Source: Eledone cirrhosa (lineage: Eukaryota). From it: a stretch of DNA of 64,000 nt. A program made the position numbers and the translations under genes. The DNA is taken from contig OZ024740.1 in NCBI GenBank assembly GCA_964016885.1, positions 47,740,001-47,804,000 of the forward strand. Direction: 5' to 3'. How positions within the stretch are numbered: position 1 is the first letter of the stretch; every line of letters starts with the position of its first letter. Shown in pieces: positions 48,880 to 61,806 of the stretch. The notes beneath the pieces were generated by a model that saw only the letters and a program-made list of their open reading frames with translations, was not told where the DNA came from and did not search any database.

Positions 48880-49311
48880 ATGCTTCCTGAAATTTGCCAA
48901 CACTACACCTGATATTCCCCTCCATACACATGCACACATGTATATTATGACTCATACACTATTCACTTACTTGACATTTGTATATTATTCTATGTACTAT
49001 AGACGCACTGTTGACGAGTTGTAGTGCACCTGAGCACTGTACACAATAATTTCATTATTATTATTATACATATATATATATATCATCATCATCATCATCA
49101 TTTTACGTCCGCTTTTTCCTGCTTGCAAGGGTGGGACGGGTCCTATTCAGCACAGCATCTCTCCACTTGTCACGGTCCTTCGTCATCTCCTCCGTGAGCT
49201 TCAGCAATCTGAGGTCTGCTATCACCACCTCTGCCTATGTTTTTTGTGGTCTTCCTCTACTGGCATTTCTTGGCACTTCTTTACCCAGCGGTCATCCTCC
49301 ATGCGCATCAT

Positions 49312-49360
<49 letters not shown>

Positions 49361-49439
49361 TATATATATACACACAAACACACACATATATACATACATA
49401 CATACATACTTGCACATGCAACAAATCTAATTTGCTTAC

Positions 49440-49752
49440 TTTTTTTCCTCTTTGTGTTCTTCTATTTTCTGTTCCACAACTAACTTCTGTTCTGTGTCCA
49501 TGTCTTCTTCATCTTTCTCCACCTCAGGTGGTCTGCGACCAGGACATTTCCATTTAAGAACTGGTAAGGCACCATTATCCAGTTTCTCAAACATTTCAGC
49601 CACTTGATCCGGATAAGGGATCCAGAGTCCCTGGAAGACATTAGTTGAGCTATACTTCTCATCATCACTCACATCAACATCAATAATGTCTTCTTCGTCC
49701 TCTACACGAGAACTCATTTTCCTCACCATCTGGGAAGATTTGGGGGAATTAG
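49440..49752 (-). CDS. PAGR1: PAGR1-like exon 2 (..DEEDIIDVDVSDDEKY..WIPYPDQVAEMFEKL..LKWKCPGRRPP..EEK)
   Basis: ctttttag acceptor, AA|gtaagc donor; SD(D/E)E, WxPxP, L..RRPP and acidic stretch are the PAXIP1-associated protein core. Confidence 0.93.
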
Positions 49753-52700
49753 CTAAAAAGAAAAAAAGAAAACCTTGAATTTAGATTTTCTCTGACAAAG
49801 AAAAGAGAAAATAAACAACATTTCTTGTATAACACATTTTTTTTTCTTTTTATAGATTGTTTACTGTTGAACTACTATCCACATGATCAGGATATTCAAA
49901 TTTCACAAGCATTGTCTATTACTTAGGCAAAGCACAGAATACCGCAATCTCTTACTCTTACTTCATGGGGCAATAAGTTAGTAGTGATAAAAGCATTGTT
50001 TCAATGTAAACAAAGGGTGGTGGATTGGCAGAATTTGTAGTGTCATATAAAATGCCACTGCAGTATTTGTTCTGGTTTTTAACATTCTGATCTGAAATCC
50101 TACCAAAGTAAATGTTGCCTTTCATCTTTCTGAGGTCAATAAAATAAAGTACTAGTCAAGTACTGTGGTTGATTTAATCAACTTTGCATTGCTTCCAAAT
50201 TTGATGGCCTTGTTAGAAATCAATACTGGCACAAACCATTATATCAAATGCCAGCATTCATAAATGGTGTAAATGTAGTAAAAATACAAACAACAGAAAA
50301 AAAACATTGAGTAATGCTACAAATTTAAATGTTTACATGCTTCAGGAAGTATTGTTTCATCACAGTTTAAAGTCCATTTTCACAAGCTAGCATGAGTTGT
50401 CCTATTGTGAGTCAAGTCAGGTGAGATGGTCATGTCTTGCTCATACAGAACTGTTTCTGGCTTAGTTTCTATGGCTGGATGTCCTTCCCAATGCCAACCA
50501 CATTTACAGTGTGAACTGGGTGCTTTTTGCTGTGGTACCAAAATAACCACTTTACAGTGTGGACTGGACACGTTGACATTGTGTCACCTAACAACCACTT
50601 TACGGTGGACTGGGTGACTTTTGTCATGATACCAGAACAACTACTTTATAGAATATCTGCGCTTTTATTGCAGCACCAAAACAGCCACTTTACCGTGTGG
50701 ATTGGGTGATTTTTGTCAGGACACCAACATAACCACTTTACAGTGTGGACTGAGTGCTTATAGGTGTAATATAGGAATGTTATTGTTAGTTAGACTAACT
50801 AAAGCAATGTAATACAAGATACTGTTCCTGCTTATGCAATATTTATCATATGCTTTGCCTCAAACTATACTCTCAATGCAAATAATTTAAATGCAAGCCA
50901 CACCGTTCTAGAGAAAGGGTGTTTAAATATAGACTAGTCTCAAGCATATCAAAAGTTATTACATAGTTTAACCTAGAGACTACAAAACTAAAAACCTTGA
51001 TACTAAAATGGACCAATCACATATTTCCAATGTCGAGAGTGACAAAGGAACGTAAGTAACTCAACGCAGAACAAATATCCAAAAGTACTTTGTTCATAAA
51101 GTACCAAATTTTACACATACTCCTCATAGTCAAGTTTATAACTGACAGCCACCTAAGTGCTGGTGCCCAGTATAGTCTAGAGCGGTTGGTGTTAGGAAAG
51201 GTATCAAGCTGTAGAAACCATGCCAAACAAAGGTTTGAGAAGACTCTTCAGTTGTGTCAAAGACAAGAAAACTTCTCCACTGCTGATGTCATGGTAAAAT
51301 GCACCCAGTATCCTTAGTGAAGTGCAGGAACTTAAGCAAGGTATGGACCCTGGCCCATCTAAGCGGTCAGCATGGAAAAGCAGGAATTGAATTATGACAA
51401 CGATGATGATATACATGGCACACACACACATTCCATTTACCAAATTCTACTCACAAAGTATTGAACCTGTGGCTATGGTAAAAGACTGTTGCCCAAGGAG
51501 CAGTATTGTGGAATCAAACCTGTGGCTCTGCAGCAATGGTCTATTACCATACTAGCTATGGCTGTGTAGTTAAGACATTTGCTTAGCAACCACAAACTTC
51601 TAGCTTTATCCCATTACACGTCACCTTGGGCAAATATCTCTTACCATAGCCTCGGGATGACTTATGCTTTGGGAGTGGAATGTGCTACAAAGAACTATTT
51701 AAAGCCTTTTCAGAAAACTAGATCTACTGGAAATATAATTCCCCATGTATGATACACAAATGGTCTCTAGTGTTAGAAGATCATAGTGAAAATACAAATG
51801 TTTTTGTTGTTTAGTTCCATGTCAGCCCCATATAATCTAAAGTGTTCCAGCCATGACCATCGATTCTTTTATACAAGGTTGGTTTTCTCATAGAAAATAA
51901 TTGTTTCTACTTTTGGCACAAGGCCAGCAATTACCCAGTGCATTACTGGTACTTTATTTTATCGACCCCGTAATAATGATGTTAGGAAGACAAAAATATG
52001 AAGAGTGGAGTTGCATATTTTTTATCAAGAAAATTTAAGTTTTCTGAATTTTCAATTAAACACTAGTAATATACTGGAGGGGATGACCAAGTTTCAATTG
52101 TTGATTAAGACCATTTAATTTCACCTGCATTGCTAAACATTTCTTATAAATAATACAAAGCAATAAATAAACTGGAAGCAGTGGTAAAAAAACTAGGTAT
52201 ATCTGGTTTGTTTGTGTTACAACCAAGAACTCATCCCATTTTGTGTTGCAATCCTCCTATGCCAAAACTGACCAGAGGTACTCAACAACCTGTACAATGT
52301 ATGCCAGTTCATAGTGTATATATAACATACAAGACCGACTGTTGATTATGCTCAATGGTTACAGTTGTCAAATAAAACTAATCACAGAAAAAATTTAACA
52401 CAAAAGAATGATGTCACTTAAACCATTAGGTCATTTAAACATCATTGGTGACCCTATCATCAAAATTATATATAAAATCCTAAGTCAGTTTTGTGGAGCC
52501 AATCACACTCCAAACTCCACATAATGGAGCTTTTGAGCTCTGAATTACAAACTAATGTTATGGAGGTGGCATATTTGTTCCGTCTCACTGTGCACTGAGT
52601 TCAAATTCCACCAAGATCATCTTTGTCTTTCAGGCTTTCTAGGTCGATAAAAAGGTACCAGTCCAATACTGGAGTTGATTCTTCATCTATATCTCTGGAA

Positions 52701-55469
52701 TAAATTGGCTGTGTTCAGACCTGGAGTTACGGGTCCATACATTGTAGAACCATTGTGAATTATACAATGTTAAACTGAATAGGTTAACATGATAGCCATG
52801 TAATCATCATTTTTATGTTGACTTTTCCATGCTGGCAGTGATTGTATGGGACTTTATGAGGCAATTGAATAAAATTCCTAATATATAATTTATGTTGAGA
52901 TAACAATTCTATGTATTCTTTACTATTTTTTAATATCTTAGTGAAATTTATTTAATTAGTGCTAATTGTTAGTCTATTAAATTAACTGATTATAATGAGT
53001 CCACACTGTAAAGTGGTCATGTAGAAGACACGGTAAAAAGGCTCCCAGTCCACACTGTAAATGTGGTTGGTGTTAGGAAGGGCATCCAGCCATAGAAAAC
53101 CTGCCAGATAGTCCTATACGAGCGAGACACGGTCACCTGATCAATCTTGCCTCAAGTGGGAGAATTCCCGTCTAACCCATGCTAGTGTGGAAGATAGACG
53201 TTAAATGGTGATGATGATGTAGGGTAATTTTGAAAACTTAGACATTTCCATGAGTTTTTTTAGCAAATGTTTTTTATGCTGTTTCTTATGCAAAATTTTA
53301 TTTAAAAACAAGAAAGATCACTGAAGATGGTCAGTTCCAGCATTTTACTATGATAGAGTAGAAAAATGGTTTAGTTAAGAATTAAGTAGGACCTTATAGA
53401 CAAGATATTACAAAAATAAAAAGGTAATACATTATTATCGCCATTTAACATCCATGGGTTAGACGAGTTATCCTGTTGTGAGACAAGTCAGATCAGGTGA
53501 TCATTTCTTGCTCATACAGAACTGTTTCTGGCTTGGTTTCTATGGCTGGAAGCCCTTCCTAACACCAACCACAGGTTGTTGTGTCACCAGTATGACCACT
53601 TTACAGTGTAGACTGGGTGAATTTTGTCATGTCACCAACACAACCACTGTACAAGGTGGACTGAGTACTTATTTGTCTAGTCACCAGCACGACAGTAAAT
53701 GTTAATAAGTAATGTTCTATATCAACAACCAAGCTTCTTGATACCAACCCACTTAAAAAACTGTTCCTTTTAAATTAGAATATTCAAACAATTTTATAAA
53801 AGAACCTTTCATTAAGTTATCTTACAAAAACCATCCTATCATCTTCATTTAACATGCTTTCCCTGTTAGCTAGGGCTGGACTTAATGAAATAATTTTAGT
53901 AAATCTCTCCAAATCATTCAATAATTTATTCAAACATAATGTATTTCATTAGAAATACAGTATCGAAAGGATTAATCAATTAGATTTTTATGTAGGTCAT
54001 TTTCTCTTATCTCTCACTCTCCTAAGAGTTGTATTATTTGGATGCACTAATCTGTCTTCTGTGATGAGTTCCTGGAAGGAAATTGAAGAAACACTAACAT
54101 TACCATGTTAATCAATATACTACCAGAATCAACAGATATACAGAAATAGGCAAATCACTGCGTGTCATTGTGATACTCAGCTAGGTAGCAGAGGCATGGA
54201 ATATCACTGACCAGCACTTACATGCTATAAGTCTGTTTGGTTGAAGTTTATCTGGGACTTGAGAACAATCTGAAGAATGCGCTAAACAGATTGTGCTATC
54301 TGCTTGAAAATGAATCTGAGAAATAGATTTGTTCTCAGCAGAGCTTTTCTACTAGAAAACGGGTCACAGGTGGTGGATAGCAATAGTCATCAGATATGAT
54401 GTTAGCTGCATTATAAACAGGCTTGTGCTGGATGAATAGGCAACTCCAGACTACTAGAGGTGATGGAGTAATGGGTAACACTTTTAGCTCCCAAGAAAAC
54501 TCTCACAACCTGGTGATGTAGCTACTTGGTGAGTAAAGACCTGCTAAAAAAAAGCCTAATCTTTGCGGGTCTGAGAAAAAGTACCAAATTGGTGACAGGC
54601 ACAAGTAAAACAACCAAAACACTGCAGTATGGTAAGAATAAAAGCATTCATAGCACATCGTCCTTCATGTGGGATAACAAATTAAGCGTTCAGGCCTTAA
54701 GTTAGTATTCATGCCAACCCTTACCTATGGTCATGACTGAAAGAATACAATCGTGAATATAAGTGACTCAAATGGGGTTCCTCTGAAGAGTCTTTGGAGT
54801 AATGTTACTAGATAAAGTGCGTAGCTCAGACATCAGAGAGTCGTCCAGGTAGAGTTGCTACTTCTGCAAATTGAGAGATCACAGCTCTGATACAATGGAC
54901 ATGTGGCTAGAATGTCTAAGGAAAGAATTGCTGGACAGATTTTACAGGCAGGAGATCCAAGTATAGACCCTGACATTAAAAACAAACAATTAAGAGTCAA
55001 TAATTTAGTTCCTATGTGGTTTCTCAACCAGCAGGAAACTAACTAAATCTTCAAACTGCATCCTACTGTCCTGAAGAGGGAGGACTACATTAGATAATGT
55101 AGTCTTAGATACACAATGCTAGAAAGAAGGATGGGATAATCATGGCTGCAACACTGTTGATCATGAATCTGCCAAAGTAGTGTTGATCTGGAGTTAAGCA
55201 ACAGCAAACATCTAATTTACAGATGGCATAAATGAAATCATGTGTTGTTTTTGTCTTTAAACTTCCTACTTTTACTTCAGGTAAAAATAATTTATAGTAC
55301 TTAATATTCAGTAGGATCAACCAGCTTTAACAATTTTAGGGTTTTGTAATTTTACAAAATCGGAATCATTTTCAGACATCTAGAAATCAATGGCTTGCTG
55401 TAATAAAAACAAAGAGTAGCATGTAGCATGTGCTCACAGGAAACAAGTTGTATCAAATGCTCAGAGGTT

Positions 55470-56563
55470 TCCATACAAGTAGTTGACAGCTTGTTATCTG
55501 ATTGACCAAATTAGTAGTGGAGGTGGGTGTTCCAAAAGTACAGTAGCCAGAAGGAGAATGGGATAGAAAAAATTCAGGAAACTACTACTTCTGCAAGCTA
55601 CAAAAGGTTTTTCCCTCAAAATGTAGGGCAGATTGTATGATGAATGTGTACAAACTGAAGTGAGACCTGGGCGCTGTGGGCAGAGGACATACTAAAGAAA
55701 TGAAGCTTGCATGATCCGATGGATCTGTAATAGTAATATACAAGAACAGCAAAGTGTCAATGAACTGAGAGAGAAAATGGGCATATGAGAGCTCAGATGG
55801 AGTGTGCAGGAGAGGAGATTGCGGTGAAATGGACATGTGATATATATGGAGGCTGACAGCTGTATAAAAAGGTGCAGAGTGCTAAAAATTGAAGGAAACT
55901 ATGGAAGAAGACCTAGGAAGGCTTTGGATGAAGTGATAAAAGCTGACCTTTCACAATTAAACCTGTCAAAGGCAACCAAGATCTCTAGCAATATGCAGAA
56001 CTGCAAAAGACCTGCTTCCTATGTGCACAGGATGAAGCAAATATCTAGAAGACATTAGTATGCACCAAATCTCCTCTACCCTGTCCATAAACCTCTCATG
56101 TAACACTCTCTTGTTTCCCAGCTAAGTACCCCACCTTAGACCTACTGCTCCAATCCCCATGCTGCATACACACCACAGGCCCCCAAAAGAGCATCCAGTC
56201 AACCCTGTAAACTGGTCAAGCTGGTGACACAACAAAAAGCACCCAGCCCACCCTATAAAGTGGTTGTGTTCGTGAGATATTAAAAAACATCAGATCCACC
56301 TTGTAAGCTGGCCTTGCTGGTGACATGATGAAAAAGTGCCCAGTTCAACCTGTCAGTTGGTCATTTTGGTGCCACAATAAAAATCACCCAGTCCACACTG
56401 TAAATGCGGTTGGCTTTAGGAAAGGCATCCAGCCATAGAAACCAAGCCAGAAACAGTTCTGTATGAGCAAGACATGGTCATCTAATCTCACTTGTTTCAC
56501 AATGGGACAATTCGTCTAACCTATGCTAGCATGGAAAATAGACATAAAATGGTGATTATGATG
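55470..56563 (+). mobile_element. Degenerate RTE LINE 3' portion with repeat-containing UTR; tail-only relatives near 47700-47870, 50365-50760(-), 52998-53219, 53435-53680(-)
   Basis: Decayed DSL..DQISSGGGCS, GHVIYMEADSCIKRC..RPRK, and shared GGAAGGGCATCCAGC / CCATGCTAGCATGGAAAA tail. Confidence 0.8.
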
Positions 56564-57039
56564 ATTATTAATATTAGACAATTCAATTGTTTTTTTCTTT
56601 GTAATCAAAAAGGTTTTTAAGTTAAGTTGGAGGAATTAAGGATTACACTTCAAGAAGATTATTTAATAAATTCATAGATCTTAATTAGACAGGGAAATTT
56701 AGAAATATATTTAACATTCAATTATTATTCATGAATAGTAGCAACCTAAGTGGAGCAATTCTAAAAAGGACCATATTTACTGAGTGAATAAAATATCCAT
56801 TCTCCATTCATTAAAATTAATCAAGTATAGATTTTTTGCCAACACTGTATGTACCGATGTAAATACCTTGTCTTTGTATGCTATATTTTTACAATTAGAA
56901 AAATCCTGTGTTGGGATTTCATTAGTGATTTCTAAAGTGTTTATATCTGTCTTTACATAGTGTAGATACAAATCAATAAGATATTGAAACAAAATACTAT
57001 TAGCACACCAGTAATTCATTAATTTTACTAACTACCAAG

Positions 57040-57442
57040 AACTCATCTGATGGTGCATTCTGAAACCTTAAGATCCTTGCAATGGATCTGATTGACTTTC
57101 ATGGGGTTTTATCGATTAATCTTTGAATGGTTTTACAAACTTAAGCGTTGTGATTGTATTAGGACCTTTTGCATGAGTTTTACACTTGGCTGCGGATGTT
57201 GGATCCCCATCAGCAGCTTCTGGATTCTTTTTAACTTTGACAATGAAGGATTGGGCAACTTTCAAGCAGGAAGCTATCACTGTATCACTATGCTGTGCTT
57301 TTCAGGCAACGATTACAGCATACCTTTTCATTTGCTGAGTTAATTTAATGTCTGGCATTATTTATCTAAAAAAAATTTTTTAATTAGTAATAAGAAAGTT
57401 AAAGCTCAAGAGGTATCCTAAAAAAAACTGATGCACCCTGTA
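57040..57442 (-). mobile_element. Tc1/mariner transposon 5' remnant
   Basis: TA|CAGGGTGCATC terminus at 57442; decayed HTH region MKRYAVIVA*KAQHSDTVIASCLKVAQSFIVKVKK..KSIRSIAR..VSECTIR. Confidence 0.7.
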
Positions 57443-57506
57443 TATGCAAATTGGTCAACCTAATTTACCTAGCCTTTATGTCCGTAGACAATTAAAGAGG
57501 CAATTC

Positions 57507-57564
57507 AGTCACTGATGAAATTCCAACACAGGGATGAAACAAAGAAACAAGTTTTTTTCTGACT
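57507..57564 (+). ncRNA. Type I hammerhead ribozyme-like motif
   Basis: Stem I AGTCA/TGACT, core CTGATGA(A), stem II ATTCC/GGGAT, GAAA, stem III with one C-U mismatch, UC cleavage site at 57558-57559. Confidence 0.55.
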
Positions 57565-58847
57565 ATAGAGATATATTGTGAGTAAAGGCGTCCATACATA
57601 CAACATTGGCTATAAATATCTATAGATATATTCTGCACTACAATATAATATTTAATTCACGAACCAGTAATTAAATATAAGTCTAGTCTATATGTAAGAC
57701 TAGATTTTCAAATAACTAATCTATTCGAAATAATATTTCCTTTAGTTGAACTTGACTAAAAATATAATAAAATATGCAGTATTTCTTATGAAACCTACAG
57801 ATTTAGGTTCTCAACTTAAACTGCTACATTACAATACTTTCTAAAGCACAACTTCATAGCCATATATTATACATGCCAGTAATCATCATTACAATCTTAG
57901 TCGTCACAAGTTACGTATTTGTAGATATGTTCTTAGAGAACAAAATACGCATTAGAGTTGTGTTTACTGATCAGAACTATTATATATTGCTACCGTTGCT
58001 TAATACCCTCAGTAAATAGGTGTATATCACAATTTGACAATTCAGATTCATTAAAAGATATATGGCTCTTATATTTGTAAAAAAAAATCGAGTTAAAGGG
58101 CCTCAACGTGTCGTGCGACCTGCTAGAAGTAGTAGCAAAATCCGTTCAAATGACACTACCGTCTTAATAAAGGATACGTTGAACAATATAGTCCCTAATA
58201 TACACAGACGAGAATATCATGGCTGGATAGCCTTCGATCATAGATCTGCTTGATCAGAGCTGACCGGATCTAAATAATCATTAGTCATTTTCGCTTTCCT
58301 TTGTGTAGTCGTATATTAGATAGAGTTTTCTGTTAATAAACTGACAACACAGAAAAACAACCTAAATTTGCCAAGGGGCGAAATAAGTTAGTTAATAATG
58401 TTTTCTTAGATGTGATGCCTGTGAGTTTTTATTAGTGGGAAAGTTGAAAGGATTTGTGACATCCATGCTTTTTAAAAGGGCATTAATGATCTTTATACGA
58501 AGCGAAGCGAAATTAAAGGATAATAATAGTACTGACTAAATATAATATAAATACACACACGCACAGTCTACACGGGAATTTAGAATAGTATTGTCTGAGC
58601 AAGTGACTGCTAGACAGAGTGTAACTCCAGCCAAGCTGCATTCTAATGTCAATATTTGGTTGCGGGAAGGTATTGATAAAGGGTATTTTACTGAGTGCAG
58701 CACTACTTCGATCGCTATAATAGTAGACGGTTTTCACTGGTTCTTCGATATTATAGCTTGAAGAGCATCGATTCGTTCATGGGAATCAGTAATAGCAAAT
58801 AAAATCTTAAGAGAAACGAGCAGAAATTGTGTTTAAATACACCCACC

Positions 58848-58928
<81 letters not shown>

Positions 58929-59003
58929 GTACGTACACACCCAGACACATCTACATTTCTTTCTGTACACACACAATCTACTTTTCTTTCTGTACACACT
59001 CAC

Positions 59004-59051
<48 letters not shown>

Positions 59052-59481
59052 TCTACTTTTCTTTCAGTACACATACATGTCTGCTTTTTTTCATTGTGGG
59101 TTCATTGGGAGTTGCTGATAGTGTAATAGATTTTCAGAGCAGTATATATTCAAAAGCAGCATTACAAAATATTTGTTGAAATTAGTGATCTTAAATCGAG
59201 GTTAAAATATCGATAACTAAATAAATATGAGCATTTTATAAAAAGTTTCTAGACGGAAATGCGACAGGGTTGTAAAATGTCAACAAAAATAAAACAACAA
59301 AGCATAATCTAAAATAAGCTAAACTATAAATATAGTTCTCCGAGAAGTAAAACACATAAAAACCATTAATAAACAAATAGCTTTGGTGCTAGGTTGATAA
59401 TGTTAAACAGAATATCTAATCGGTTTCGGAGTTACTTCTGAAATAAAGGAGAAGCCATCGTGAGCAGGAGACAAGACTCAC

Positions 59482-59551
59482 CTATGGCATCTGTCAATGA
59501 ATATGAGAAATACTTCTTCACTTTACATGAAAACATGCTACTTCCCGCCAT
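59482..59551 (-). CDS. PAGR1: PAGR1-like exon 1, predicted (MAGSSMFSCKVKKYFSYSLTDAI/A)
   Basis: ATGGCG start next to a promoter motif cluster, 23 open codons plus 1 nt, consensus donor AG|gtgagt, phase 1 splices in frame to exon 2. No homology support for this peptide. Confidence 0.65.
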
Positions 59552-59649
59552 TACAAGGCACGTCGCTGTCTATAATAGTGCGCGTGCGTACTATCAGTAC
59601 TCCTGACGTCACTTCCTATTAGTGACTTAACTTCATTTTCCATGGCAAC
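59545..59649 (-). promoter_or_regulatory. PAGR1 promoter motif cluster (YY1-like, NRF1-like, ETS-CRE composite, RFX X-box)
   Basis: CCGCCATT over the ATG, TGCGCGTGCGTA 59579-59590, TGACGTCACTTCCT 59604-59617, TTTTCCATGGCAAC 59636-59649; locally CpG-rich. Confidence 0.65.
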
Positions 59650-60192
59650 TGTCTTAGAGATAAATAAGCGAACGTTTTTATTGAAAAACATTTTTCTTTC
59701 GGCATTGGAATATTGGTCTCCGAAGGGCCATTGATGCTTTAAATTGTTATGATTATAGCTGAAAATATTAGAAGTGATTTTACAAAAAAGAAAATGAAGC
59801 GAAAAGCGAGATGCAGCATGGTATAGTAGTATACTTGTAGATTTCTAACTAGCCTACAGCCATAGCTTTGCGGGGAAGGGAAAACCATGTTAAGATCGAC
59901 TCTGGTTTCGGACGTGGGCCAATTATAAACATTCTTATACATTAATTAGTTTTAGATAAAGATTGAAAAATGGTGTGTTTAGAAATTAAATACTTCAGTT
60001 TACTCAAATGTTTATTGTTTGGTGTAGCATACACATGGTCTAAGGTATTCCAGCCATGAACATCCAATCATTTTAGGCATATCTAGGACAAAATTACCTA
60101 ATACATCCTTCTCTTAAAATTGTGATTTTATGGAAATTTGGCTGTTATTTCTAGGCAGATTGTTAGAACACTCCACTCGATTTCAGTGGGAA

Positions 60193-60917
60193 AATTTTTT
60201 CCTCGGCTTTTTCGTCTGCTATCAACTAATCTAACCTCCAAGATTCTGGTAATCAACTTTTTCCCCAGAGAACGGAGGGGGTGGGGAGCACCCACCCCTT
60301 CATCGCTGATTTCCCTACGGATTTTTTTTTCCGCATGTTATCAACCTATAAACCAGTCGGAAACGACTAGATTTGTAGAATGGGGTGAATGGAGTTTCAC
60401 AGGTCGACACACCTCCCGCGTTTGGTGGGAAATAATTATTTTTCCTTGTATTTTTTCTGGACCTCTTAGATGCTCGCAATCGACTTTTTTTTTCCAGATT
60501 AGGGTTAGGGTTGCCGTTTACCGGGAAAAAGTCGATTACAAGCATTTAAGAGCTCCAGAAAAATACAACGAAAGATTATTCCCACCAAACGCGAGAGGTG
60601 TGTAGATCTGCGAAACTCCGATGTTTTTTTGCCCACTTTCACCCGCCTTTTTTTATAAATTGGTCGTATCCAACTGATTTGGCGGTTCTACTCGTTGCTA
60701 ACACGCGAAAAAAGTCGTAGGGAAAACTCCTTGTTTTATTCTGGTCGGCTTTTTTCCAGGAAAACGGTAACCCTAACCAAAATCCGTGGGAAAAGTCGTT
60801 TGTTGTCAGAGGAGGGGGGGGGCACCCGTACCTCCTCCGTTCTCCGGGAAAAAAGTTGATTGCCAGAATCCTGGAGATTAGATTAGTTGATAACACGAAA
60901 AACCCTAGGAAAAAATT
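60193..60917. mobile_element. Foldback-type non-autonomous DNA element with nested inverted repeats
   Basis: 60193-60300 pairs with 60810-60917, 60310-60390 with 60635-60724, 60391-60497 with 60522-60619; central TTAGGGTTAGGG. Confidence 0.8.
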
Positions 60918-61060
60918 CATATATATATATATATTCATTTATGTTTTGTGGTTCACCACTGGATAGAACTGGCCATTCCATGATGTTAATAGTAGGAAAG
61001 CACTCTGCGTTATGCAACTCATCGTTGATGTTGAATCCCGTAACTGATGCAGGAGTTAGA

Positions 61061-61337
61061 TATTAATTTGATTAAAATAACAGGAGGCCAGAATGGTAAT
61101 GCTCCTTTAAAGTTTTATTGTAGCAAAAAACGCTATATATATTTCAATGGCCTGATTGCGTAAGATCCTGGCGATATCATCAGGTTCGGGTTGCATAATT
61201 AGTTAATCAATAGACAAACACAAGCAGAGAATAAAGAAAATATTTGATTCGGAGAAATGTCTATAGTGTTTTTTGCAACAATAAAACTTTAAAGGGATAT
61301 TACCAGTGGGCCTCCTGTTATTTTAATCAAATTAATA
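61061..61337. mobile_element. MITE with TIRs of about 85 bp
   Basis: TATTAATTTGATTAAAATAACAGGAGGCC.. and ..GGCCTCCTGTTATTTTAATCAAATTAATA. Confidence 0.8.
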
Positions 61338-61763
61338 GTGTGTGTGTGTGTGTGTATGCATGGATTGATTGACCCGTAACTCCTGAGGGAGTCGTAGAGG
61401 CGCCGTATTAATATACGGCGTTTCTAGACATTTTAAAACCGGGCGGAGCCCATCTCCTCTCCATTTCTGAATACAGCAGATTTCTTCCAGAGAAGAATAA
61501 AGAGAGAATGTCAGAAGTAGAAACAGAGGAAGAATCGACCCCAGTACTAGACAGGTACATTTTTTATCGATCTGGACTAGACGAAAGGCAAAGTTGACCT
61601 CGGCGAGATTTAAACTCAAACGACTCTGCCAATTTTATATATATATATATAGTAATAATAATAAATATGAAGACAAAAACCCAAAGAGGGTTCGATAAGG
61701 ATAAATATATAAGAACCCTAGAGCAAATATTTATTAAAATAACAGATTAAAGTTTAAGCAAAG

Positions 61764-61802
<39 letters not shown>

Positions 61803-61806
<4 letters not shown>

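Noticed and set aside
57069-57365. Extra PAGR1 exon in intron 1 (strong-looking acceptor at 57366)
   Set aside because: It has in-frame stops and reads as a decayed Tc1/mariner transposase next to its TIR.
58751-59179. YIYIYI-type ORFs (also 10383-10625, 61883-62426) and the RERERE ORF at 10626-10928
   Set aside because: Translations of (AT)n and (TC)n microsatellites.
60499-60512. Interstitial telomere or chromosome fusion scar
   Set aside because: Only two TTAGGG units, and they lie inside the foldback element.
61142-61183. Minus-strand CTGATGA..GAAA hammerhead candidate inside the MITE
   Set aside because: No convincing stem II closing pair or stem I/III pairing.
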